Below are positions 37,801-52,800 of a DNA stretch of 64,000 bases, one piece after another. Origin of the DNA: Phoronis australis (Eukaryota; Animalia; Phoronida). The notes beneath the pieces were generated by a model, which saw only the letters and a program-made list of their open reading frames with translations, was not told the DNA's origin and did no database searches. The stretch is from the NCBI GenBank assembly GCA_002633005.1, contig NMRA01000062.1:977981-1041980 (forward strand). The letters are read 5' to 3'. Both the position numbers and the translations under genes were made by a program. The first letter of the stretch is position 1, and the number at the start of each line of letters is the position of its first letter.

Positions 37801-40800
37801 TGTGAACGAAAAATGTTATAACCACGAAGTTACTTTTGCTGTAAAATATACGGCTGATTCGGTCATAATTCATTGTCAGCAAAATCAAGTTGCTAAAATT
37901 ATATTTTAATTATATGCTATTCGTTTTAACACACCCCCATCCAATGGGACAAAGGGCACATTTCCCATGAATCGTAGCACCCCATGAGGCATTTGAGTTT
38001 CCCATGGCACGTTTCGTCACTCTCACAGTGTAATACAAATGACAGTGGTATAAATAAGTATTTGCAAAATGGGTCTTTCATACCAAATGCTATAATTGTG
38101 AAATGCTTGATAACGTTCAGTTGTCATGAAAATTATTTAGGCTTCAGGTGTATACATCTGTTGGTGTTAAAATTGCAAATGAACCGGATAAAGTTTGCAA
38201 ATGTTACCAGAGATTTTCATTTTATTACACAATTTAATTATCTGTTTGCATTTTCTTGTAATTTTCAAAATTCACATGTAATGAAGACTAGAAATTTTAT
38301 AGATCATATTTGATCATTTGAAACCCTTATAGGAATAGTCTCATGGCAACTTAGCACTAAAATTGTACCTGACTTAGAAAGAATCTACAATCAGATGACC
38401 AATTTGTAAATGTACATGTACGTTGTGCAATTTTAAGTGGTACCTGTATCTAAAGGAACATATTTTATAACGTTCTCTACCGGCTACACTCGTCTGTTTG
38501 ATATATTTGTGTAACGTTTCAAAATCCGATGGGAGAAATTTTTGAAATCATTTAGTGAAACATTAGGAACTTGAGCATCCAAGATCTTCAATGTGTCTTC
38601 CTATATTTGTCTTAGCTGTTACAGTCATCAGGTTATTCATTGTTACTAAGGATTTTAGTTTTTGTAAAGCTACAAAACATGTTCTCAAATCCCCATCATC
38701 AACCACCACCATCTGCTGGTTAACAGTAGTGTGGTTACCATAACAATATATAAAATACTATGCACATTAATACACATTACGTTGTATAGCACAGGGGACG
38801 TTTTTGGAAACTGGTAGGATACTCAGCTTGATGATATTCGCGAAGCTTCAAGTATTCAACGATAGTGTCATTTCAAACAAACACATGACCTCAATAGTCC
38901 TACGGTAGTTCAAAATTGTTACTGTAATTCAGTACAAGGAATAGTATAGTCTGCTACTCTGAAAAATTCTCGTTTTCTGCGTGGTTTCCTAATTAACTTG
39001 TCAGTCACACTGATATGTGTTCAGCGCTTGTGTAGTCTTTATAGATGATATATTTGACTGTATTAGTGCAAACCAGGAAAGCATGTATCACCGCACTTCA
39101 TTTTCAGTTGCCAATGGTAAATGGATACACCGTCTAGACAAAACCCCCGATGACTTGGAAAATGATAGAAGTAGATGCTTGAGCTGGGCAGCCAATACAA
39201 ACCGGGCAGATATCTCTTCATGGATTGGTTGCCCGCGTAATCGGTGGGGTGTGTCATGGTGGTGGTTCAGGCGCATTAATGATGAAGACAACGCCAATGA
39301 TTGTTATTATTATAGGTTCAGAGTGAACTTCAAATATGGATTTGTAAGTATTTCCTGAACAGGTGTAAATCAATCTGCGAAAAAAAGTCGCAGCCAATTT
39401 TAGATGAGAATAATAAAGTTTTATCATACAAAACGACCCTGCTCGGGCTGACGATCAGAAAGAAGGGGCTATGAAATTAAAAAACGGACCATCAGACGGT
39501 AAGGCTGTTTGATAAATGGGAAGGGCGACGTCATGGTGTAGATGACGGTCCTTTATTTCACATTTTAATGTCTGATAGTGTTACTGAATGTCCCCTGTAA
39601 GTTTCTAGTAAACTGCACACACGGAGTATCTCAAGTGAGATGTAACGTGTCTGTTTAATGTGCATTTAGTTGTGATTTTTACTAGAGCAAAATAAAAACC
39701 TTCACGTTTGTAAATTTTATAAACCGCCGTTTATTTTCTTTTGTTTTCAGTCCTGTTGCTATGACTCAAGAAACGCTTTGATTACCAGTCCTCCTGCTGC
39801 AGGGTTTGTGTCTCGTTACCATAAATACAAATGGGGCAGTAGAAACAACTACAAGAAGTATGACCTAAGACCTTATAGATGGTGCTGCGGTGGGAATAAT
39901 GTTGAAACATGCAGACTCTTCCACCGAAAGCGGCCAATCATGAGAGGAATGCGTCTGCGACTCCGTGGATTAGGTATCACAAATCCCGTGACCTGCCAAC
40001 ACATTCATTAGTGTTGTTTCTACTTAAATGATATTGGTTGCGCTTTAGGGGTACAATATCTTAAGTAGTACTTGTACCCATCAGATGAAATCTGCTTTAG
40101 TGTTTTGAAGATTAGCCGAGGAAACTCTTAAACAATTATCATGAGTGTTTTGCAAACTTCCTGTTGAAATTGAGACTGAAGGAACGTCCAAATTCATCTG
40201 AGCGAAAATTGCACCGTCCTGTTCAGAAGACAAATTGAATGTAGATTCCAAAGTAACGCACTGTGAATATTATCCAAAGTAACAGGAAGTATTTGCATGT
40301 CATCACGCATGGGCACTGACTTACATGCACTGTTCGTGTTACTTTTAGACTGATGTTTCTCTACGATGTGCGAATTTGCTTTCCGATCAGGAACACTGAC
40401 GTAATTTTGATTTCACATTTCGGGAGAAGCAGAACCAGAGTTATAGTGAAACAATTGCGTACTTATCATTAAAATAGAACTGTGGCCTGCTTTAAATTTT
40501 CAGCTTTCGGTCGCGGAGATCCTCATGTCTGCACGTTGGACGGTTCGTGCTACACCTTCAACGGTTTAGGCCAATATGATCTGGTGATTGATACGACCTC
40601 CTCTGGGTTCAGCCTGCAGGGTCGCACTTCCATAGCAGGCACCTCGAGAGCTACAATATTCAAAGCGTTTGCAGCCAAAGATGCGGATTCAAATGCTGTG
40701 CACATTGAGCTGTCACCGGATAGTCTCGGTAGGATTTTCTTCCGTAATACACAACAACACACTCTTTGGAAATATTATTTCCCCTGCTGTTAAGTTTATA

Positions 40801-43800
40801 TAGTACCAAGCAGAATTTCTATTTGCCCATTTCAGGTGTAGACGTTTATGTCAACAGTCAGAAACAAGAAGGAGAGTTTGAAAACAAGGAGTTCACGAGT
40901 GTAGTTGTTACCAAGTCAAATACATCTGCTGTTGCCGCTTTCGAGTCTGGTAAGAATTACCTGTAGAATCTCATAGTGCTCGCGTATGCTTTCTTTCATT
41001 CATTAAGAGGGAAGACAATCTTTTTCATGTCATTTCAGTGAAAATAAGGTTAGTTGATTTTCGCATACATATTTTTCGGTTAATATCCGCTTCCCGTAAT
41101 TTTATTAGTTACTCATGCCTTACTCCGGAGGTGACGTTTAAGGGGTTAAGAACTTCCCGTCACTTTGTTTTCTTATAGTCTGACTGTGTGACTGTAGCGT
41201 CAGTCATTGTTTTACCTCTGTTGTGATAAGTTCGGTTGTCGTTTGGGTTTGTTTACGAGTCAGTCAACATATCGCATGGTTGTTGCGCACCGGGGTGTAC
41301 TTATCGTCTCACGCACTTTGGATTTGCCATTACACTCATTTTCGAAAGGTAACACGCTCCACCGTAAATGGCTAGTTCGTGTGAAGAACTCAGAGTTACC
41401 ATCCACGCAATGTACAAAGCAGTGGAGATTTCCTGTGTGTGTGTGGCAAGCATTGTCTTTCGTCGGTTTACGACAGGGATATGTATGCGGAATTGATGAA
41501 GGTTCCTGCAAAGCATCGCCTGAAGAAGTTTGCCACACTGTCGCTGTTGATTCTCAGTCAGTAGTGCCCCGTCGCCAATCCCGCGGAGCGCATTTTTGAA
41601 GCGAGTAGCCTTGCAAGCTGTGGCCTCTAAAGTGACTAGAGGTGCTTCATCTATTGTCAACTGTGCCTCCGAACGTATACCAGAGCGTGCAATTTCGGGA
41701 ACTAGCAGTGATTTGCTCTATACTGGTGTCTCCAGCGCAGAGCCTGTAAACAGCCCTGAAGCAGTGAATACAGGCCAAGTTCGACACCCAGTGAGGAGGA
41801 CATTTCGTCGTGCAGTGGTCAGGCCTGAGAGCCAAACTTTGATTAGTTTGTTGTGGACTTGACTGAAGTATTGGAACTATTTTGAAGGTGCCAGGTGTGT
41901 GGCGAGGTAGTCACACGGCTGGATGTAAGCGGTTTGTGTGCTCAGGTCAACGTCCAGTGGGAACAACATAGGAGTGCCCCTGAGGTTGGCATTACAGTGC
42001 ATACATTGCATTTGCACCGACATCCCACCACGTCTTTTCCCAGTCTCTGCCTCATCCCACTCAACAGCTGTCTGTATTCTGTCTCACTATACTCAAACAT
42101 ATATCCACCCACTGCTACTATAAACTAAAAGATTCCTAAATCCAACGTAATTTAGTTCTCTAACAACGTAGCTTGTCGTAGAATACTCATCGATGGGAAG
42201 TGGTGACGACAATTTTGGGAGGCCACCACAAAGCGACAGTAGAGCAGATCCTCACAGTAACTCGAAAGCAGTAGAAACGAAATGGCTGGAAATTCTTAAC
42301 CTCCTAAACGTCACTTCCAGATTAGTGCACGACTAATTAGTAAAATAACGAGGAATCGTGATATACTGAAGCAATGTCTGGGATAATGAAAGAACCGTAT
42401 TTTTGTTAAAAATGACACGAAAAAGGTAACCTTCCCCTTTATGTTGACCCACCGGTGGAAAGGAACGTCGTTGCTATTCTATTTCATAGAAAGTAAGCTC
42501 AATGTTAATTTTTCTTTATTTTGAAGACGCATTGTGACTTAGTGGGATAAGTGTCGGCTACCCTTACTCTACGTCGTTAGTGGGAGTTCGAGATGTGCAC
42601 ACGGCTGGAACCTTGAGTCAGGTCTTCAGGTCCTTGGCTCTGTTTTAAATATATATCAATAATGCATTAAAACGGTTCCCAGTGATCAGCGCAATAGGCC
42701 CACCTGAGCAACCTGCGTGCGTCTGATACAACGTTTACCAAACCGCATCCCATCAGATTTTTTTACACTGTGTCCACTTTCAGGTTTCGTCGTCACAGTC
42801 ACCGTAACTACTGGCTTGTTGGATTTTACTTTGGAATCGCCAGGCTCAGTGGAAAACAAAACTAGTGGCTTACTGGGCATACGCAACAGTGACACAAGCG
42901 ACGATTTCTCATACCGTAATGGAACGTTCATCAGCCCTAACTCAACAGATCGTGAAAAGTTCTCCATGGGGCAGTCATGTAAGTCTTGTGTTTCCGAAGC
43001 CATGCCATATTCACCTCCACGATAAAATTTTAGTGAGGCTAAAGCACCAGATCAATGCACTAATATACAAAGGTTGTGTCGGAGACCGGTAGCGCTGTGA
43101 TTCAATTGATGCGCTGACCTGAATATATAATTATATGTGTATGTATATTTGCATTAATGTGTCATTCCCGTCCTCCTGTCCATCCATGCCTGCGTCCAAC
43201 AACCGCGTAGAATTTTAGGCATGTTCCTATCGTAATAAGGAGGGCAAGAGCGAATTTTCAAATGGATCCAGCTACAGCTGTTTCTCCTATTTTACTTTTT
43301 GTTTTTCCTCTGTATTTAGGTGTTTTCATGACATTTGGAAAATACCATTTTGTCAAAGGCACGAGAGACTTCTTTTCATTTCTGGATGGACTCACTACCT
43401 TATAGCCATTTTTTTTTAAAATATATCTACTGGTCCCGTTTTTGGTACCTGCCATTTTATCTGCCAAACCACTCAAAGAAACATGCTCCTTTACTGGAAG
43501 ACCACGCTGAAAGTGATTTTCCCTCATGTTCGATTACTATGCTGCCTCCTAATCGGAATTGTGTTTTTCCCGTTGCTCAATCCCTACCAACTTATTAAAA
43601 TATGATCATTGATCATTGTGCAAATTGACAGGAATATCCTGGAAAATCTGACTGAAAAGTCCTTTGACGATAATTTCTTGTTTTATTTGGATTTGTGTTT
43701 GTCTTAACACCTACCAAGCTCTTTGATGGACGTTCACGAGATTCGGCCAATGAGACTATCACAACAACTACTAACAGTGCTTTTTTCAGGCAGGTTTGGC

Positions 43801-46800
43801 CTAATTAACACCCTCTAGTTGACATATTAATATTTGTGTCTGCTGAATCTTGATGAAAGATGCCACGTGATTTTTTATTGAGGAGGTGGTTTCCGACTGT
43901 CTTTGCAGCCCCTGGAGGATAACTTAAGTTTACGAGCAACGTTCCCATTATTGAGAATGTTTAAAACAATGATCACCCTTGTATCTTTGCTGTGTACGAT
44001 CTACATTGTTTTTATTAGTTTTGCCGTAACTTCCTATTGTTGTTTATCGAGCCACAGTATTTGGGACCGTAGTCCTCCAAAGAACTTTTCTGGTCGTGAG
44101 CCTGTCAACAGTTCCGATCAAGGCATATCAAAAATACCTGACATATTTTTTTCGCGATTTCTAAGTCACTTGTGAGAGCTCCTTTATTAACTCGATTTGA
44201 AGAAACGCCCTTTACTGTATGAAGTTTCATCTGTTCCATATTTCAATCAACGATTATCTCTTCAGGGATGGTCAATGGTGCAGGAAACTTCGTGTACAAG
44301 TCAGGAGAATCGCCCGAAACGTTCAATAACGCCAGCTTTGTACCAGTTTTCCTTGACGAACTTAACATCACTGACGAAATGAGAACTGCATGCGGCTCAA
44401 ATGTCGAATGTCTTTTTGATTACGCCGCCACAGGTGATAGAAATATTTCACTATCTACCAAAGACACTGTCGAAGAAAACCAGAGGGAATTGGAGGAAAT
44501 AGGTATAGTGAAGTATATCAACTGTATATCCCGTGTTTTGAGTGTCCATTGTGTACTGTAGATACACTGAGTATAAGGCATTCATCATAACTGTCTTCAC
44601 TGANGTGCTTTTTTCAGGCAGGTTTGGCCTAATTAACACCCTCTAGTTGACATATTAATATTTGTGTCTGCTGAATCTTGATGAAAGATGCCACGTGATT
44701 TTCTATTGAGGAGGTAGTTTCCAACTGTCTTTGCAGCCCCTGGATGATAAGTTAGGTTTACGAGCAACGTTCCCATTTTTGAGAATGTTTAAAACAATGA
44801 TCACCCTTGTATCTGCGCTGTGTACGATCTGCATTGCTTTTATTAGTTTTGCCGTAATTTCATATTGTTGTTTATCGAGCCACAGTATTTGGGACCGTAG
44901 TCCTCCAAAGAACTTTTCTGGTAGTGAGCCTGTCAACAGTTCCGATCAAGGCATATGAAAAATACCTGACTTATTTTTTCGCGATTTCTGAGTCACTTGT
45001 GAGAGCTCCTTTATTAACTCGATTTGAAGAAACGCCCTTTACTGTATGAAGTTTCATCTGTTTCATATTTCAATCAAGGATTATCTCTTCAGGGATGGTC
45101 AATGGTGCAGGAAACTTCGTGTACAAGTCAGGAGAATCGCCCGAAACGTTCAATAACGCCAGCTTTGTACCAGTTTTCCTTGACGAACTTAACATCACTG
45201 ACGAAATGAGAACTGCATGCGGCTCAAATGTCGAATGTCTTTTTGATTACGCCGCCACAGGTGATAGAAATATTTCACTATCTACCAAAGACACTGTCGA
45301 AGAAAACCAGAGGGAATTGGAGGAAATAGGTATAGTGAAGTATATCAACTGTATATCCCGTGTTTTGAGTGTCCATTGTGTACTGTAGATACACTGAGTA
45401 TAAGGCATTCATCATAACTGTCTTCACTGAGATTGTATTAAGATGTATCTCCACACTCATGTGAGATACAAAGAAGTTGGTTTGTGCTCGTATAATAATA
45501 GTATTATGTGTTAGTAGCACAGGTTGAACAATATCACCAGAGTGTAATCCTAAGCATACAGCCGAAAACTAACGCCTGTCACAAATAAACACGTGTACTG
45601 AAAATTTTGAACTCAATGTAAATCAGTTTCCTCTGTGTTAAGTGCAATTTATGTCAGTGCACTAAGTCACAGATTGCTTATCTTCGTTTAGCTCAAGAAC
45701 CCCCTACTTTATCTGGGACAACATATCTTGCTGCTACTGTTGGTTCGACCATCAACTTTAACCTATCTGCCTCCGACATCAACGGAGACAACGTCACCAT
45801 AATCGCTGCAGGTCTTCCCAGTGATTTGAGCTTTGATCCGATTACAAACACAAGTAGCGTGGATGTCATTATTTCCTGGACTCCATCAGTATGGGCAAAT
45901 TCCAAGCTTACGTACGTAACCAAGTTACTTGCTTTCAGCATTCAGCATTCCTTTGTCTTTAATGTTCAGAATATTTTACAATTTAAAAGTTTAATGCTCT
46001 CATTTAATCAAACGATTTGAGCTGCTTCTCAGGTCAGACTAAGCGTCGGCACAAATGTGACATGACTTGATATAGCAATCCAAGGCTTTCCCTTGCACTT
46101 TACTACGTAATTATGCACCCATGTATGCACGTTTTAACTAGTAAAACATTTTAAAATCTGGTAGATATGTACATTAAAACACCACCTTTCGAGCCTTAAT
46201 GAGCGTGGTGCGACGACAAGTATTACAAGAGGCTTACATGTACGTGTGTCTACATCTATTTTTCCCCGTCTCGACGTATATCATTTTTAACTTGTACCTG
46301 TCTAGATGCCAAAAAGTTGACCCTACAGTGTTGTGTATTGTAACTTTTTACTCTTTGAAAGGTGTTTTATGTGGTTAGTGGAACATAATGAACCCTACAA
46401 CGTTGTGTACTGTGTAATATTTGGTCAGGAATCCTGACGATGATTGTCCGACGACTTCGACTATTTTGGTGCCTCCTGATGGCAGTTTTGTTTTTTTGCT
46501 CCCATGGCTTTATCTCCTAAACCGACTGCTGGATCTTTACTAAACTGAGCAACTGTATATATGATGTTGACAACGGACAATGACGACTTTTGGACGGATC
46601 TGACAATCGGTGTGCCCCCTGGTGGCAATTTCAATTTTATACGTTTAGCTCTGTATCTTCAAACGTCCTCAATGTATTTTCACAAAATGTGTCTTATAAG
46701 CAACTGTTAGTGACATGGCGCTATTCACCGGTTTTAGGGTGGATTTAGCTTTTGTATTTATGATGTTGACCATAGATTGACGTATCTGACATCCACTGTG

Positions 46801-49800
46801 CCTCCTAATTGCAACTTCATTATTTTATGTTTGCCACTGAATTTTCGGATTGTCTGGAAGAATTCCTGTTTGGCCAATAGATTTCGGGTATCGAAAACAC
46901 GACGCCTTTCCATTTTCCATGAGTTCAATGTATTTTGCGTCGTCATATGACTTGTAATTGAGCTTATTGACACCGTTGGCGATGAGTTGGTGGGCACTAT
47001 TTGTGTACTTGTTCAAATACTCTAACTAAGCGAATGTGGTCTATGTATTTTCAGGTTTGTAGCTACAGACAGCACTAACCAAACCTCTGCTCCACATACA
47101 ATCGCGGTTAGTCTATCTCCTGCTTGTAAGAATGACGCAAATGCGGACTTCACACCAAATGATCAAATGGATGTATCTGCCAGTTTGTCAGTGATTACCA
47201 CAACGTGCCAATGTCTGACTGGCTGGGAAGGTAATTTTGTCATTTCCTTTTTATACCGCACTTCAGGTGCAAATGTGAGGGGACACAGCGCTATTCAGTC
47301 GCTAAGCTTTCAAGGCTACAATTCCCAGTGTCACCCAATATTTTGAAGCCCATTAAAAGGTCTTCATGAAAGTCTTCACCCGTTGTTAAAATTAGTAGCA
47401 ATAGACCAATTGTGGTGTGGGTATTGTGTGACAGAATTAGTTGTGAATCTTGATATCGCTGAGCTTGTTTTTGAAATGATTTCGAGTTTGTAACAGTATC
47501 CTCTCCTTTGCTCCACAGTGACCATATTTTGAATTGTGAGCACATCTTTGCTCTGTCGGTGGTACTTCACCAATGTCATTTTATGTTTTTCTGGTTCACT
47601 AGACGGGTGATAGTTTAGACGGAAAAGAATTTTTGGCATTACAATTCGCCTGTGCCGTAAGACTCTACAATACGCTGTGCTAATTTCTCTGGCCACTTTG
47701 AGAGTTCGCTCATCAACTCGTAGTCATTCCTATTTCATTGCCAATGTTCTTCATTTGCCAGGCGACGACTGCAGTAAGGATATAGACGGATGTGCTGACT
47801 CACCATGTGAATCGTCAGGAACCAATTGCACAGACATGACTCCTCCCCAGGAACAAGCACTCAATGTATCATTCGAGTGTGGACCTTGTCCTGCCGGCTT
47901 TGAAAAGTTCGAGGGAGATTGCATAGGTATGAACTCATACCGTTGAGACACGGCACGTTAGCGCACGAATTACAAAGTATGCTTTTGTTTGGACTTTGAG
48001 ATACAATTCCGTCATTACCTTGGCTGTATTCTGCATTTAGATTTTTTTTGTCTTCATCAGGTGGCTGACTGATGAACAAATGACATTCTTTTTAATCTCA
48101 GTTCGTCATCATGGGGGTGTCTGCATTTCAGTACCCACACGTGAATATTACAGCAGGTATCCAACGAAGCAAGAATTTTGCGCCAAAGCAAGGTCTCGCA
48201 AATAATTCACGCAAGTGAAAGAGGAGTGATTCTCTTGCATGTTTGAATACTTAAAAATTGTGACCATGAAAATGATGCTTATATCGGTGAGGTTGGCATA
48301 TTGAATGAGGTAGGGTTGATTTGCGTAAGCAAATACTGGTCAACGCAACAATTACTGTATCATGTCGTGACTGCTTGGAATACATGCATTTCTATGGGCA
48401 GAACCCTTGTTCTGAGCTATCTTGTTAATGTTGACTTCCTGCTTCAAGATCACGCCTGAATGTAGTTCATTATTCTCGGTATGTGCATTTTAAATTTTCA
48501 TAACATCCATTTTAACCCTCTTTCATATTGTCATTGTAGACTTGAACGAGTGTAAAAATGACTCCTTGAACCTGTGTCAACAGACATGTTTGAACAAAGA
48601 TGATGGAGAAGGATACGAATGTGCTTGTAGGAGTGGTTACACTCTGGATGGATTGTACAATTGCACAGGTGGGCACTAAGTGTGTAACAACTGTTTGTTA
48701 ACTGTCTTAAGCAGGATCAACACAGTTTGACATGTTTCTTGTTTTGTATTCGCATTTTGTTGTTTATAAAATTGCAAATCAAAATGGGGTCACTGAAATT
48801 TTCCCCTACAGCTGTCTAAACACAGCCACTTCTAGCAAAAATTAAAAACATTACATGGGTTATTGATAAACCAATAAATTGAAGTAATGATTGATATCCC
48901 TTTCAAAATGGACCACCTTCATTGCACCAGATCATTTGTATGTTTTAAACGATTCTGGATATGTCTGGTTTACCGCTTATCTGATGTTGGCAGAAGTAAA
49001 CATTTTTACTTGATCTGGTGTACCTCAAATTTTAACGCTTTGGACAAATGATTTTACCTCAAGACGCACCAAGGTTATTTTTTGTTTCAGGGATTGTGAG
49101 ATAGGTTTGGTTGGAGTCATGTTTCTTTTGGAATCATTTCAAATAAGCCGTTTACAACATAATACACTTTATATCTACATTAATTTTGTGTTCTTGTGTA
49201 TTCCATGTCTATGATGTTATTGTGAATATGATGCCACAAATAATTATTTATTGCTTCATTAACAAAAGCTCACCACAAAATCAACATTTTCTAAATTAAG
49301 TAATTTGTCGTTTGAAATATCGATGTTTTTGAAAATCATTCGATGTTGTAAAATAACGACGTTTTCGAGGCTTTGTGCCAAACTCCCATGAATCTACTGG
49401 ATCTGAAAATTAAGAGTGTTGTCATTGGTACTTGATTAAGCATCTACCTTCCTAATACCTGGACACAGGCGTCAATTGGCAAATTGTTTTTAATAACTAC
49501 ATAGTTATGGCTTGATAGAACTCCTCAAGCTACAATATATATTCAGACTTGTGCAAGACGATACATACAATAGACATGGAATAGCCAAGGCACAATCTTT
49601 AAGATAAGCTTTTATGGAGTAGAAAACATATTGTACGTCCATGTATGTAATTAAAGCAAGCAAGCTGCACGATCTCGTACTTCGAGTTGGTTCCCAAAGT
49701 TGATAAATTTTCTCATTCAACGTTATGTTCTCAATATTGGAAGGGGCAATGCGAAGATTTTTTCTTTCCTTCACAATTATACTTATTAAGCTTTATTTCC

Positions 49801-52800
49801 TACAACCTACAGCTAACCTGGATCTACCGTTATCAAATCAGCTAGCATTTGCTTTCCGAGGTCTTTAATTTCTAGTTTTGTAAACGTCCTCTTTCATTCA
49901 TTCAGACATCGATGAATGTCAGCGAGGCGACACCTGTGGTCAACTTTGTGTGAATACCGAAAGCGCTTACCGTTGCGAATGTTATCCAGGATATGAGCTT
50001 TCCAACGACAATAAGACGTGCTCATTACAAAATGGTAAGGATTTGGTCCTTTGTGTTTGTATTTGTAGTTTGTGTTATTATTACAGAATACTATCCAAAG
50101 GCGAATCAACAGAAATACGCACGTGTCTGTTTAAAGTCAGCCGATCAACACAATTTGTGACATTTTGTTGACGTTGAACATCATTCCAGAACTGTACTCT
50201 CCTTGCACATATAAATTCATGCAGATTTTATTAGTATAAAACTACATACCAAACTTGGAATCAACAATTGGTCGGACTTCAAAGCCTGTCGACTTGACTG
50301 TAAAACCAAATGTCCGGTGACCAAACGTGTTGTCCGAACTCGATGGCCTAACCCACAAAACTAGTTAGCTGAACTCAAAACACGATGTGCAATCCATTTT
50401 ATGTACGGCAAACCAGTTTTGTTTGGGTGCGGCTATCTGATTTTGAGGTACCGCCCAACCTATTTTGTGGTCCGACCACGAAGTTAGAACACCAGCCATT
50501 GAGTTTTGCAGTCCAGCTAACCGATTTTGAAGACCGGGCAAGTGGGTTTGAAGTCCAAGGAGTTGTTGATTCCCCTTGATACTTCGTGTGGTGCTTGGCT
50601 CTTCCATTGCGTATACGTGTATGCACGTGGCACTATACTAGCATGATGGTTGAAAGGAAGACTTTCCAGTCTCGTATGTTCCAGGATCCTGCTGTATGAC
50701 CACATCATGTAACTGTACACCTTTACTATAACGGTCTGGAATAATATTAGATTTTGGCCAACATGGAAGTAAGTTGTGGAAAACAAAAATGATCCTAGTG
50801 TGCAGCACGACAATAACTTGTACATCAATATGGAAGAGTCGTTCTCATGCTGCACTCTATCGTCGCTTTTGTCTTCCACGTCTGAGTTCTTCTCAGTGCT
50901 TGGTATGCAGTCTTCAATATTTTTGGGAATCGATTTGGTCTTCACTCACTTAAGCACCCCGAGTGTGCGCCATCTACTACGCAGCCGGTCGCTGTTTGAA
51001 AGTGATACTGTGTGGTGTTCACGATACTGCATTTGTCCAATTGGTATCATCATTATGTGGAATATGTGATGGTAGTTCTTAGTTTTCAGTTGTTAAGGAA
51101 ATATTAAGGATGTGTTGCTTGCCAGTATGATTTCGGTTAAATTGTCAACATCTACATTGTTGAGAGATAGGAAGTGAAACGCATTTTCAATTGCAGGGAC
51201 CACTTTGTGCGCCACCTATGGTCGGAGTTGTTCTCACTTCTGTATCACCAATGCAACCTCCGGAAATTACACTTGCGGATGCCCCGTTGGATATCAACTC
51301 ACTGACTTAGAAAACTGCACGGGTAAGACGCTATAACTATGTAGAATTTTAACTGTCAATTAAACTATGGTTAACTTTACAAAATATATTAGTGAATTTT
51401 CGTTACGCGCTGCATTAGCGGTATGGATAGTTCTTTGTCGTTTAACGCAAGCACTACCTCCTAATGGAGGACTGAATACGGACATTTTTAAATACGGAAG
51501 TATTGGAGAGGTGGAACAATCCTACTTTTATTGGGGAGATTTTGATGTGGTTTTATTTTGTTATCTCAATTGTTTCCTATTAGGGTGCCAAAAGGCCGAG
51601 TAATATTTTTGAGATGAACTAATCTGGTTTAAGGATTGGTTGTGGATGGTGAATGTACATTAATACAGTCTTTCAAAAATTATGAGGTATTTTGGAGTTA
51701 CTACATATACACTGTGAAAATTACTTCTTTAACAATATTTGTTAAGGCGGTTATACCGTTTTGTCTTTGGCAATTACCATATGTCACTTTAATGTGTTTG
51801 TAATGCATCTGAGGCCGAGTTCCGTAGACGGAAGAATCTCATCAGTGCATTTTCAGTGATAATGTGATTTGCACTAATGCATGGCAAAATCTCTGTATGT
51901 CTTGAGGTCCTCACATCTACGGCACACACAACCGCTGTTATTTGTTCCTACCTGTAGGTGTTCCTGGCCTCGACCGTTTCTCAAATTCGATGAATGCCCA
52001 TTTTCGCAATTCTTGCATCTTCTTCGGTTTACTTTCATATACGTACACAACACATCGCTGATGTGCATTTCAGATATCAACGAATGTAACAATGCTGCGT
52101 CCTACTGTCAGCAACCTCACCATTGCGTAAACACAGAGGGAGGCTACAAGTGTGGCTGTGATGACGGCTACTCTTTGGCATCTGATGAGCGCTCATGCAC
52201 TCGTGAGTATTGTTCATTGCGGTATAGTTCAAAACGTGGAAAACATCACTAAGTATGTATTTTCAAATAAAGTGGACAGCATTGAAAATGTTTCTTTTAT
52301 TTTCGAATAGAACGTATCAATTTAGTCTAAATTTCTCCAAAAAAAACCTCTCGACTGGTGATGTGCCAGTCCGACGGTTTTATATTTGGAGATTTGGATA
52401 GTTAGAGAATCATAGAATTGTGGAAGAATCCATAGTCCTTTGGTTCTATGGTGTGGAAATTCTATAGTACGAACTTTCTATAGTCCGAAAGATCAACTTG
52501 TGTATAGTCGGTTCAATAGAGATTTAGGATTTCAGAGCCTTTCGAAAATATCATAGACGGATTATAGAAACCTTACTTTTTATGATATTCTTACTATTAA
52601 ACTTGAGTTCGTACTTTTGAAAATTCGAATTATAGAATTTTTTGTATTCCCTAATTGTTTGTTTAAATTGTTCTGACCTGCGAACCTTCGGAACATTGAT
52701 CTTTTGCACTGTAGATGTGCATCCGTTGTGGCAGGGCTTTCTGAATATCGCGACAACCTGCCTTGCAAGTCCAGTTTAAAATTAAAGTCAGCGGCTAAGC

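Larger units (their letters stand above)
43777..45430. repeat. ~827-bp near-identical tandem duplication joined by a single N
   Basis: 43777-44603 versus 44605-45430. Confidence 0.85.
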
